Shown here piece by piece: positions 1 to 11,780 of a stretch of 64,000 bases of DNA. Position 1 is the first letter of the stretch, and every line of letters begins with the position of its first letter. A model generated the notes under the pieces. It saw only the letters and a list, made by a program, of their open reading frames with translations, did not search any database and had not been told where the DNA came from. A program made the position numbers and the translations under genes. The stretch lies in NCBI RefSeq assembly GCF_031769215.1, contig NW_026782097.1:1922001-1986000 (forward strand), written 5' to 3'. This DNA is from Ylistrum balloti (Eukaryota).

Positions 1-197
1 GGGTGGTAAGTTGGTATATAGTATCAAGGTGAATTGGCACAGCTTTGGGTGGTAAGTTGGTATATTGTATCAAGGTGAATTGGCACAGCTTGGGGTGGTA
101 AGTTGGTATATTGTATCGATGGAGATTTAGTTTAGTTTGGGGTGGTAAGTTGGTATATAGTAATAAGGGATATTTGGTACAGTTTGGGCTGGTAAGT
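1..197. repeat. Minisatellite, ~46-bp unit (GGGTGGTAAGTTGGTATATWGTATCAAGGTGAATTGGCACAGCTTT), ~4 copies, probably continuing off the window start
   Basis: GGGTGGTAAGTTGG recurs at 1, 47, 93 and ~140, degenerating rightwards. Confidence 0.85.
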
Positions 198-944
198 TAT
201 TGTATCATACTGATTTGGTACATCTTGAGTTTGTGCATGTAATTTGGTACAGTTTGGTATATTTTCAGTGGGTAGATTGGTACAGAAATCTGAGGAGGTA
301 GGTCTGACTAGACATGTTGCTTGTAAACCCCACAGCAGAATAATCCGTAGGTTAGTACAACATCCTGTAACGGGACTTACAATGTAGATTGGAGGAACAT
401 TTGATTAGGTAAGTGAAAAGGCCGATTAACATTTTGCGGTTGGTTTGGAGCGGTTTGATTGGAAATTGTACATTTTTATTGGAAGGTTGGATAAGTCACT
501 GTACAACTGATGGTTGGAAAACATATCAATATAAATCAAAACGAGACTGTGATCATAACGTTTCAAAGGCTTTCAACTGATCTACAAGCTCTATAAAGGA
601 AACAAATATATTAGCAATACACATTTATATTGGATAATGCGTAGTATCTTGTATTTTTATTCCACAAGTTTCTGTAGTAAACATCTAGTGGTGTGCTACC
701 TAATTTGCAGGAAGAGTATACCTTCGAGATTCTCTGCTGAAATATCGATGCATGGCTTATCAATAATTCCACGAAAAAAAATTGAACGGCTGCATTGCTG
801 CACTAGTTACATATTACCTAATTTGGTTATGAATAAGTAAAACATCATACTTTCTCAGAAGGGTAGGAATCCTACTAAAGGTGGGATTACATCGATTTCC
901 TCAGGAATAATGATCTGTAAGTGCTAATTCGTGTAGAGTCAGGT

Positions 945-980
<36 letters not shown>
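945..980 (+). repeat. Poly-G tract (36 G)
   Basis: Directly visible homopolymer. Confidence 0.95.
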
Positions 981-981
<1 letters not shown>

Positions 982-1544
982 GTGGGGGCTCGTATCAACA
1001 TATATGCATACATATTTTGTTGTGAATTCTCAATTATGTGTATGATTCAAGGTCTAGAATTGTGTCCGATTGAATAAACAGGACACGTAAACACCATCGG
1101 TTGTGTGTTGGTTCCTTTGTTCTATACAACATTGTTCTTATTTGTAAATTCCATTTATTGATATTTTGCCCTAGTGTCATTGAATTTAAATTTGGATTTT
1201 GATAATGATGCACATTGTTATTTTCTTGTTGTTTATACCAGTATTTCAAGCGACAGTGAATATTTAGAATCAGTAAAGACAGTCGTGCTTTTGGTTGTTG
1301 ATCCAGTGATTCATTGGAAAGATCTTGATTTATGTGCGTTCCGTATAAAACGTGAACCCATTGGTCAGTGTTGTCCAGCATGATATCGGGTTTGATTTTC
1401 CCTTTCCTTTCTCGATACATCTTCATATATTGTATCATTTCTAAGCGTTCGTAGTTAAAGAAAGGCAAATTGTTTCTAGTTCGAATCAAGACATATTCAT
1501 TGCAAACTTTACATGGTGTTTATAACGTTGTCCATAATAGAAAT

Positions 1545-1800
1545 CATCACGTTTATCATTCAGCTTGGTGGCAATCTGTTGGTTGATTTCGTTGTTGTTC
1601 AATTGAAAACGTGACATTACTTACTTGGATTGACCAAGGAATACATGGCGAATGTCGTTGTGAAGCTGCAGACGTTCACGCCTTGTAATTTTGCACTAGT
1701 AACCGTGTAAATCTTTCTTTTGTTCAAAGTTTTACTATAGTTGTATGGAATTTGTGTTTGGATTACGATTATGTTGAAATGCTGATATTTCCTTGGTGTC
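1545..1800 (+). mobile_element. Penelope-like element 3' terminal repeat fragment
   Basis: ACATTACTTACTTGGATTGACCAAG...GAAGCTGCAGACG...GGATTACGATTATGTTG aligns by eye with the segment that directly follows the Penelope RT remnant at 25380-25590. Confidence 0.6.
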
Positions 1801-3599
1801 ATTTGTAGAAAAAGATCGAGATAAGCGGCTTATGTTATCAACCAGAAACTCAATCAGTTTTATAATTTCGTCTTCCATACATTTCTCCCTCGATCTGGAC
1901 GAGATATACTACTATGTAGTGCACAACCTTTTATTTGTATTAACACTCACTTTTCTTGGAAAAGAAAGCTCCTATAACAAGAGAAGAAATGTTTTCCTTC
2001 AGTTTAGAATTGGTGGTGTACAGAGTAAAAAATGTCAGGTGCTCTTGTAGAAGTAATCGATTTGAAAGAGCGTCAAATATTAGCTTACATGGCTTTTTGT
2101 GAAGTTTCTAAATCCAATATAAATGGGGGAGGTCCGTATCCTTATCATGAATAGTAAATTTTAATTATCGTAATACTGCAACATGATTAGCCTAGTTTTG
2201 CTCTATTATATCTAACTCCGTATTTGTATTAAAAGGTGTTATTCACTTATGTGTCTCTTGTACAATCTCAGTCTCTGCTTTTTACTAATGTGACCTTGAG
2301 GCTTGCAGATATTTCTATTGCAATAGTGGTAATATTCACCAAGAAGTTGGTGAGATGTCTTGTACATGGCATATTGTTTAATCAATGATGATCACGATTG
2401 GCAGCTTTTAATACATTTCATTGATGTACATGTAGGTGTTCTGCGGGGAGGAAACGCTTTAGTAAAAGCGTCTTTGTGATAGGGGGCAAAGGTACTACAG
2501 GTTAAGTTTTGTTACGTGCGCACCATGCATAAAAAGCGCTTACTAATGCAAACTTTATTTCCTAAAGCGGAATCTGTATAAAATGGTACCAATAATATCT
2601 GTCCCCATGCTGAGCAGAGCCCTCATAAAAAGTAAAATGTCTTCAGCTCTTAAAATCTGGGAATATTGTCAGGATGCTTGCGGCAGAAACTGTTAAAATG
2701 TGGTATGGCGAGAGAGAAGGCAATAACTGCTTCTCGGCTTGTCTAATAATTGTCCTGGTCTTCTGAAAATGTAGAAAATGTCATCTAGGAGAAAGAAAAT
2801 TACACAAAAATGCAATATAATCGAGCTTCGTATGTCTAATGATACACAGAAAGGTAGTTATCAAAGGAATAGAGTAGATCACCGTAGTGGGAATGTCTGC
2901 TACCAGGGAACAATGTCCTGATCAAATCTTGTAATCTTCCAACAATATTTCAATTTCATGTATACTCGCGGAAAAGTTTATTTTTGATAGTTATTATTTT
3001 TACATGACTCATTAGCTCATTGTTTGGGTTTCCCGATTAGTTTATCATTACTTAATATATTTTGATGATTTTTGTTGACGAAGTTGGCGTGAATGGCGTT
3101 TAAAGAAGGGTACCATACGCCGTTTCCGATCCACATCAGACGCATGTCTGCCTACCCTTGGCTTCAGTCGTTGATCTTACTCTCCTTTAAATTGACCCCA
3201 TCAAGGTATTTATCGTTCTTTTAGGGATAGTATTCCACTTCTGAATAAGGGCCTGCGTGAGTTGAACGACGTTATATGGGACGTTACGACAAATTCTATC
3301 AACATAGGGCCTTGCGTTGCCCTGCTGCAACGAGATATGTTAGAAACACATCACTGATTGCGTACTTGTTCGTAATAAACCCCATACCAAATAAATATTC
3401 TAGTGTTTTGCTATTCGATGACATTTTAATTAATATCTGATGGGCTTTTCCTTCATTAACTTTCCCGTTTGATGAGCTGTGTTTTCGTCCACCAGGGGTT
3501 GCATTTCTGTTTTAAGGTTTCCTTGTGGTTTTGGATGCAATATTGACATGTGTCTGATTGAGGTTTTCTGTGTATTTGTCGATATCTGTTTTGCATGTT

Positions 3600-3830
3600 C
3601 TTTAAGAAAATATTTCTGCAGATTCTTTAAACAAACGCAACCAATACGCTAAGTAACGAGCATCAAACCTGTCCAGCTTCATATTGTACAAAGAAACACA
3701 ATATTTCTCAATTAAATTATTATGACGACCATCTCCATAATGTTTATCAACTTGCATTTCCTTAAATTTGAAATTTGTCAGTTGACAAAACCGTGAATAG
3801 CGGATCACTTGCGATATGTGTGTAATCTAT
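3600..3830 (-). mobile_element. Penelope-like RT C-terminal remnant
   Basis: Translation KHYGDGRHNNLIEKYCVSLYNM resembles the PLE C-terminal motif KFYGRHxxLxxKYxxSxxxM. The following GTTTGATGCTCGTT word is shared with the fragments at ~27655 and ~46685. Confidence 0.55.
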
Positions 3831-4234
3831 CGGTTAGGGATCTAGGTGGTTGCTATCCAGAAATATAAAATTTTTAATTTTAGGGAATTTTAAATCGTCA
3901 TGCAGCTTTGTCGATGTTGGCTTCGTTGTATGAAAATGTCTTTTTTGTTATGTACCTTCCTATCCTTTTGGGTATGTACAATGGACGTGGTGATTACATC
4001 TCTTGTTATTGAAAGACGTAAATAATAAATCTGAAAGTGAAATTGAAAGACCTTGCAAGGTCTTTGTGACTTGTCCTCATAAGCTCTTCGATAAATTGAA
4101 CAAAAGCATGCTAGCCTATAAAGAAACACAGTAAGTTCCCATAGTATGGTAATAGTTTGGTACATCTTATCAACTAAACTCTGTCCTTTAGGGAGACTAG
4201 ACTGTGGTGGGTATTTTTTTCTATTTGAGAAGAC

Positions 4235-4410
4235 TGCGTTTCTAACTTGAATTGACCAAGAATTAAAAAGCAGTCGTTATCAATTTAGCAGAAGACGCCT
4301 ATCTTTCCGGAACGTATTGTTGAAATGCCACTGAACTTATCGAATGGTCTCCGTGTACTTATTATTGTTATTACTGTATTTGAATTACGATTTTGTTAAT
4401 TTTTCAACGC
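4235..4410 (+). mobile_element. Penelope-like element 3' terminal repeat fragment
   Basis: ACTTGAATTGACCAAG...GCAGAAGACGCCTATCTTTCCGGAAC...TTTGAATTACGATTTTGTT matches the copies at 25385, 27715 and 35945. Confidence 0.65.
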
Positions 4411-7400
4411 TTTCTTATTATTCCAATGACTTGTTGCGCTGTTGTTGTTGTTCTTTAACTCAAAGAGTGATACCTGATGTCTACAGGTGCGCCGAGGTAC
4501 AAATTGGATGTAGTCACTGCACAGTTCTTTATACTAAATTCAGTGCAATTATGTCTATTGTGTAAATCGCTAGAAGATACATTATAGTTCTCATTATGTT
4601 ACCGCCTAAAAACATAATTTGAATGTCATCTTTAGTGGAGGATTTTTGTAAATATATTATACATTGGAATCGTATTTAAGATAAACGTCATTTATTTAAA
4701 TGCAGAGCCTGTCAATAAATTAATTAGATACGCTATGTTGCTGAAATATTGAGAAATAATTCAATAAGTGGGCCATCTAACAATAAATATCAATAAAAGC
4801 TGCTAAGGAAACAAAACTGTAATCTTATATCACGATATATAATGAGTTTCTTCTGATGTACGATATTACTGGGGGTTGTATTCAGTGTATTAATATATAA
4901 CTATCTCTTAACTGTAATAATATTAAGGATTGAGCACCGCTGCCATTTACTCCATAATTCGTTCTTGTGTCATATTTTATTTTCAATGAATATGCTGTTT
5001 TATCATTTCAATTTTCATTTTATTCTGTTGTATTCTGTAATGACATATCTGTTTTCTAACATATTTTCTTGATAAGGAATACTTTAAAATTTGCTTTCTA
5101 TTGTCATAGACATTCTATACAAATACACACGGCAAAATCAATTAACAATACTGCAGACATATCAGAACACGTAAAGTACAGTTAGTGTTTTCCCTCTCAA
5201 ATACCTACCAATTTACCATGGTAGGAAAACTACTAATTTGTTTATCGTAAAAAATCAATTAGCAGAGAACCATAACGATGTTTCTAAAATATTGAATTAA
5301 GGAAGGTTTGATGGATGAGTTCTTTTGACGTTCGTGTCTCCAATACCAACTTCAACCCTATGTCACGAAAATACTTGTTGGTTTATTATGCTTGTTCAAC
5401 ACAGTTCTTCCCTTGGTTGGTTATGTATCTGTTTAGCGAAATATTTTCAATTTGGTGAGCTTATCTGTGGACTTGTATTTGGCCTCATTGTTATATCGAG
5501 AAGAAAGTTAAATTACATTTGAAAATTGCATTATGGGATGTGATGTAAGATTTATAAATGAGGATCATCAGACTTGGAATGGTAAATAAAAACAAGCATT
5601 TCATAAGTATGCATCTATACATGTGCTGCTATACTATTATATATGATAGTGTAAATAATGATGATAGACAGATTGTTCACTTTCTGTACATATATTGATA
5701 TCGAGATAAATTCCACACGTAAATACAGTAATGCTTCATCACGAATGAAAAATTATCATCTGATTGATTGACCATAAAGGTGTGACATCCTTATAAAACT
5801 TCGCTTCTGTTACAATGGTACAATGATGCCGATAAATCTTAGCTTAATACGTTTTCATCAACACCAGTCATTGTCAGAAGCGGGCAGATAAATAGGGGGA
5901 GATAAATTCAAAATTGATGTGATCCTAGAGTCACATGTAACTATAACCTGTAACAAGATACTTATATCAACACCGAAGACGTTGCTTTCAGATAAACAAT
6001 TTTATTTATTATCAAAAGAAATGTCAATCTAAGAAAATGAAATGGAAGACTTGGCAAGGTATTCCTTTCAAATGTAGATAAGTTCTTTGATAACTGAAAT
6101 CTCGTATGAAAACAAGCAGGCAAGAGTGGGGTACATTTAGTTAGCAGGAACATTATAGCTGTCTGTTGTAAGGACTGTTTCAGCTATTCCAACAGGTGGA
6201 CTGCAATCTCCATTCCTTTCTCTTTGTATCTTAATATAAATGTTATGAGGAAATTCCATTATTTTATTTTCACAATACTGAAGAGGTACGGCCGGGTATG
6301 GTAACTTTCAAGCAAGGGCATACGATAAATTAGACCTTAGTGTGAGGAAGAACACACCGCAGACAAGAATGTGATATAAATACATGCAAAATGGTGTTAA
6401 AGCGATTGTTGTTGTACCAAGAACTAAACTGTATATATCTATATAATAAAACTAATAGGTTTAAGAAAAGCAGAACTAATATCCGTCTCATTGATTTCTG
6501 GCTTGAAAGACACGTAACTTAACAGATAAAATATACACGTGGCTGTGTAACTATTTGTGTTCTATACAAAACTGAACGTTTATCAGAAGCTTGGTCTATT
6601 CCTTTAATGTGACCTTTTCATGATGTCCTTTAATTTGAAAACAAGAGATTGTTGAATTGATACCAACCATTGTATATCTCACCAGAAGATGGAATGAAAG
6701 TCGAATCCAATTTTTGTCTCATCAACTACACTGTACAACTCAATCAGAGGAGGCAGCTTCCGCTAGGCTGTTTAAGTGATATAACGATTTCAGTGGTACA
6801 CTGAGCGTTGATATCGACAGCTAATGGGTAAACATACAACCTTAGGTATCGAGATCTGCATGTTGAAGATGACGATGGTGAACTTTCATGTCCGCAAAAA
6901 TGATTGACTTAGGAGAAAAGGTTATTCCCAGCGCGAGATGAAGTCAAACGTAAATCTAGTAGTTTCATTATGGAACTACCTCATTGGTTAGTTCAAAGTT
7001 TGTTAAAAGTAAAATATTTATACTGTAGAATGTACCGCCATTTAATACAAACAAGTAACTGTCGTCGACATTTGATGGCTGCTGATTCTATTTGAAAACT
7101 CAGTTCGTTGGCATCATCATCATCATCATCATCCGTGAATTTTAAGATACAAAATATAAATAAACGGAATACTACAGATATGTTTTCTTTAGGGTTTGAA
7201 GTAGAGTAACCCTAACACCCAAGGAGGATTGCCCTGTATTGATCTAATATCGATCCGAAGTTGCGAAAGCCTTTTTCAAATGATATTTGAAGACCATGTG
7301 TCGGCTGGCATGCTGTATAATCTTGTGATATTGTTCGGCACACCTGTTGTCCAAATACCATAGACGTGTAATGTGAGCATAATGCACATGAGAAAGCAAG

Positions 7401-7823
7401 ATCAGACAACGATTGTATATTAAATCTGGTGAATATAGAAAGGTTTTGATTAAAGTGCCTTATAAACGTCTTGTTTTAGACCATTCATATGATGGGAGAG
7501 ACATTGCTATGGCTTGATGAAGACAATAATACGCCGACATATTTTCACTAACCGTTTTTTTTTTAGATACATTGCACTTCTAGGAACCCATCCCTTGCTC
7601 GCCAATCAGAACTTGATAACGAATCATGTCTACCTTTTTATAAATATTTTACGGTATTGTATTACAAATATATATTTCATTGTTTTTAAGGATACATTAA
7701 TAATACATTACAGTTGTAAAGTAGGCTTATTTTGTTAAGGAACTATATAACAAATATCGTATTTGTTTTGTAGTTACTAGGGTGCTTGATTACATATATA
7801 TTATCAGAGTTGTTTTGTAATTA

Positions 7824-8258
7824 CCAGTATAATTATAATTACATATTAGATTTGTTTTAGTTACTAGGATAAACTATCACAGTTACAATGTACAATATCG
7901 GACTGCTTTTTACCAGTATAATTACAATTACATATTAGATTTGTTTTAGTTACTAGGGTAGTCTATTACATTACAATATGACTGCTTTTTACCAGTATAA
8001 TTACAATTACATATTAGATTTGGTTTAGTTACTAGGGTAAACTATTACAGTTACAATGTACAATATCGGACTGCTTTTTACCAGTATAATTACAATTACA
8101 TATTAGATTTGGTTTAGTTACTAGGGTAAACTATTACAGTTACAATGTACAATATCGGACTGCTTTTTACCAGTATAATTACAATTACATATTAGATTTG
8201 TTTTAGTTACTAGGGTAAACTATTACAGTTACAATGTACAATATCGGATTTTTTGTTG
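7824..8258. repeat. 89-bp tandem repeat (~5 copies) with diverged ~44-bp relatives extending to ~8640
   Basis: CCAGTATAATT recurs at 7824, 7913, 7992, 8081 and 8170. Confidence 0.9.
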
Positions 8259-9779
8259 TTATCAGTTTAGTTTTTCCTGTTACGGAGGTACTATATTATA
8301 TGCACTACTAATTGTTTAGTAATTGCTGGTATAATCACAGTTACTTGTAAGATTTGTTTTCTGTTACGAAGGTACTATATTATATGCACTACTAAACTTC
8401 TGTAATTGCTGCTATGATTACGTGTAATATTTGTTTTCTGTTACGGGGGTACTATATTACGTATAAGATATGGATTTTGCTTTGTAGTTACTACTATAAT
8501 TAGTTACGTATATGATTTGTCGTTGGTAACTTATACAATTACAGTTACATAACACATTTGATTTGTAGTAACCAGGGTAATATATTACAATTATAATGTA
8601 AGATTTGTATTGTAGTTGCTAGTATAATTGAAGTTAGATATCAGATTTATCGGTGAACAGGGTAATACACTACAGTTTGGAATCGTTTATAGTTAGGAAG
8701 AAGCTTGGAATGATGCTTCTGTCGTCTGTTTATTAGATAATTTCTTATCTACATCTAAGGTTCATTCTTTGTTAGATTACAGGACAAGCAACGTCAACGC
8801 GATAAAACACATTTGATTGTTATTCTTTTACTCAACCTATCGCTGCTTCCGTTTGGTGATATTAGTTTTGACGATATCAGGTTTGTTAAAAAATATCAAA
8901 TCATAGCTCTGCTTCAGATTGGTTTAGTATATATGCTAGACGACACATGAAGTTCTGTATACGATTAGGTTCATATGTATACTAGGTTATAGGTAAACTG
9001 ATGATAGAATGTAATGTTATCAGGGAGATAAGTCTGTGTATATAGACTGAAAAACAGGACGGTATAACATAAATTCTGCAATAAGATGGAAGATATCTCG
9101 ACATCTATGTTGGGTGTCCTGAGATACAGAGGGGTTTTAAAAGTTTTACCCTAACCCTACCTGATCTATGTAAGGATATTGTGCAAATTGGAAGCTATTG
9201 GAGACTGCAGTGGCATGTGCCCTACTATCAGTATATGATTGTATCAGAATGGTTGTATATTGACGTCCGCACCAGGGGACGTGATAGCGTGTATATCGAC
9301 ACATTATACTTATAACAGTCTTACCCTTCATTAGTATGTGGTATTTACGTGACAGCTGAAATCTAGACATAGTCATCTGAAAAAAAAATAGTGAAATGCA
9401 TTTTTATAGTATTATTTTTCTAGGCAAATGTAACCATATACAACACGTGATTGTTATCCATGCACAATATAGCTCACATGAAGGAAATGAAATATGATTT
9501 GTTGCACAGACACGATATGCAAGCACTGTCCATGAGGAAGTATGTAATAATTTCCTCATACGCAATGCAGTTCCAAATATCCAGCAATAGGTATTGGCCT
9601 TTTCGAATCGATCCTTGCTCCACCGATATCACGGAATCAGATTACATAATCTTGTGTACATTTATATATATAAGACATATTAGATGTTGATTGCTTCGGT
9701 GATGACCGTTTCAATGGTTCCCCAATTTTAACCTACAGTAGACGCTTTTTTCCTCTCCAATGAACAATAGGTAATTTTC

Positions 9780-10653
9780 AATTCACCATTACTAAGCCTT
9801 GTCCTCGCCGTATTACTAGAATGGATACAGCCTATCGCGTGGCTGAAAGGCGCGCGCGGGAGAGCCGTATGTTGGGTAGTATTATGTGTCGCCGAGCTCT
9901 CTGGTGATGAAGGTGTAATTCTTAGGTCTTCTGTGAGATGGCAGAAGTCGAGATTGAAAACACGAGGAGCGGTATATCAGCGATAGTGTTAATTTGAACC
10001 CGGGATAGATAAACACACTGCTTGATTTGTAAAAGAAATCGATAGCATATCGCATGTGTGTTTTCTAATATATAACCATCAAACTATTTTATAGTTTTGT
10101 CAAGTTTTAAACATTCTTGGCAAATTCTCTTTTTTTCTGTTTCGTGTAGACACTACCTACTCTTAAGAGACGATCTGATTGGCCATTAAGACTCGCTCTA
10201 ACTAGTGACCACGTGCTGAGCCCACTTGCTAAAATCTCTACTGAGACAAGCAGCTGTCTATCAAATATTGGTAACAAGTATCAAAGATAAATCTGTTCGT
10301 GTGCTGCTTCTGGTGGTGCCGTTATACAATACGGGTTTTTATACTATGGAATATACGTGAATGAAGTCCAAGGAGGTGTTTCATATTCTGAATGGAATAT
10401 AAAAACACCCACGTGTAAAATGGGTTCATTGCCGCGCTATTAGTATACGTATCGTCAGGTTGCTCACACACAACGAAGCTGGCTTTAACACGGAGAGGCC
10501 TTGTGTGAAGTTGTCCTTTATTAATAACAACGTGTTTTGAGCGGAATCTAGTGTATACATTGTGCAATGGTTCGTAGTTAGTACTATACGGATGTGTAAT
10601 TCTGGCTGTTTTTTTCACTAAAACAATGGAAGTTATTTAGTCAATAGGAATGA
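9780..10653 (+). promoter_or_regulatory. Candidate promoter / 5' UTR region of the nAChR gene
   Basis: Locally CpG-rich (GGCGCGCGCGGG at ~9849), inverted CCAAT (ATTGG at ~10178), E-boxes CACGTG (~10209, ~10410) and CAGCTG (~10251), immediately upstream of the first nAChR-like exon. Motif-level evidence only. Confidence 0.35.
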
Positions 10654-10854
10654 ATGCATCTTTACTTGAAAATGCCTCTCCTGGCTATTCTGGCGATTTT
10701 CCTAGGAATTGAAATTCTTGCCCTTCCAACAGACGAACAAAGACTCTTGGAGACTGTTTTATATGATTACAATCAAGCATCTAGACCAGTATTTAATGCC
10801 GCTAAAACGGTTGTTGTTAAGTTTGGGATTACCCTCACCCAGATTTCTGATATG
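10654..10854 (+). CDS. Nicotinic acetylcholine receptor subunit, N-terminal exon A (putative signal peptide + alpha1 helix to beta1 strand); an alternative acceptor would give 10706-10854
   Basis: MHLYLKMPLLAILAIFLGIEILALPTDEQRLLETVLYDYNQASRPVFNAAKTVVVKFGITLTQISDM followed by phase-0 donor GTAAGT at 10855. It matches the Cys-loop ExRLxxxL..Y....RPV......V.F...L.QI.D pattern. A phase-1 acceptor TTTTCCTAG|GA is also available at 10705/10706. Confidence 0.9.
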
Positions 10855-10904
10855 GTAAGTAAATTACTTATTAATGCAAGTCTTATGTTTGTTTCTGATT
10901 GTAG

Positions 10905-11059
10905 TTTCGTCCAAAAAGAACAATCACAGACTGCCAGATGAGCATCGTTTATTACAGAATATTCTTGCTCACTACGATACGGCTGCGAGACCTGTTTACA
11001 ATGCCTCGCATAATGTCACAGTACAATTCGGATATACCCTTACTCAAATCGCTGATATG
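10905..11059 (+). CDS. Nicotinic acetylcholine receptor subunit, N-terminal exon B (paralog of exon A)
   Basis: Acceptor TTTGTTTCTGATTGTAG|TT (phase 1), 155 nt encoding (V)SSKKNNHRLPDEHRLLQNILAHYDTAARPVYNASHNVTVQFGYTLTQIADM, then phase-0 donor GTGAGT at 11060. Confidence 0.92.
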
Positions 11060-11780
11060 GTGAGTTCTTTCTTATTTTACTAGTACCGACACCCGAGACA
11101 GGTTAACACAAGGACCCCGCAATTCATATCATGCATTTTTATACACTTTATTCACTTGTGGCACTTCATTTAAATATTCACTTTTGTAAATGAAATAATA
11201 ATAATATAATTATGATAAACATATTTTTTCTTGTAATAATCTTTGACTTCAGACTTAATGTTTCTTTCTCAAATCCTTTCATGTAGAATTTATCAAACTC
11301 ACAGTTTTTGAAAATGAGAATCATAATCTTTGATTTCTTCTTTTTCTCAGATATTTTTTAAATATGTCCAAAAACTGAAAACTATTAGAACAAAATTGTA
11401 TTTCTTAATGGGCAACGAGACGTATTTAAGATCCAGTTAGAGTCGGAGATAAAATAGTAAAAAAACATTAGCTAAGTTTCCATTGGCTCTCTATGTACAG
11501 TATCTGGTTTCATCGTCATAAGAATGTAGACGACACTTTATGCTAGATTGTATCCCTAATTACCAGACATCGTGATATTATAGGATATAGATATTTGCGG
11601 GAAGGAAGGATTGTGTAGTCCCAGCTTACATCTGTGTCTGTATAAAACAATGCAATATCAATGGACTAATAGCTACATTCAAATAAAGAATTCCGGTGCT
11701 TTGAGATTAAACAATGACAAAAGCAAATTGCCGAAAACAAAATTTATGGCGAACAGTTGTAAATAATGCACGGAAAAAAC

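Noticed and set aside
1040-1240. Possible GIY-YIG endonuclease remnant on the minus strand (NVV*, GIYK, SIGHNSRP in different frames)
   Set aside because: The motifs are scattered over three frames with stops; too weak without a profile search.
4344-4565. Hydrophobic ORF start MVSVYLLLLLLYL as the missing signal-peptide exon 1
   Set aside because: It lies inside a Penelope-like 3' repeat copy and has no phase-1 donor at a suitable distance.
6830-6900. LRYRDLHVEDDDGEL resembling a Crypton/tyrosine recombinase segment
   Set aside because: A single short word, with stops on both sides and no catalytic motifs.
10874-10904. MQVLCLFLIVVSS as a signal peptide for exon B
   Set aside because: These codons are the T-rich acceptor tract, only 19 nt from exon A's donor, leaving no room for a separate start. 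The hydrophobicity is an expected by-product, though not formally excluded.
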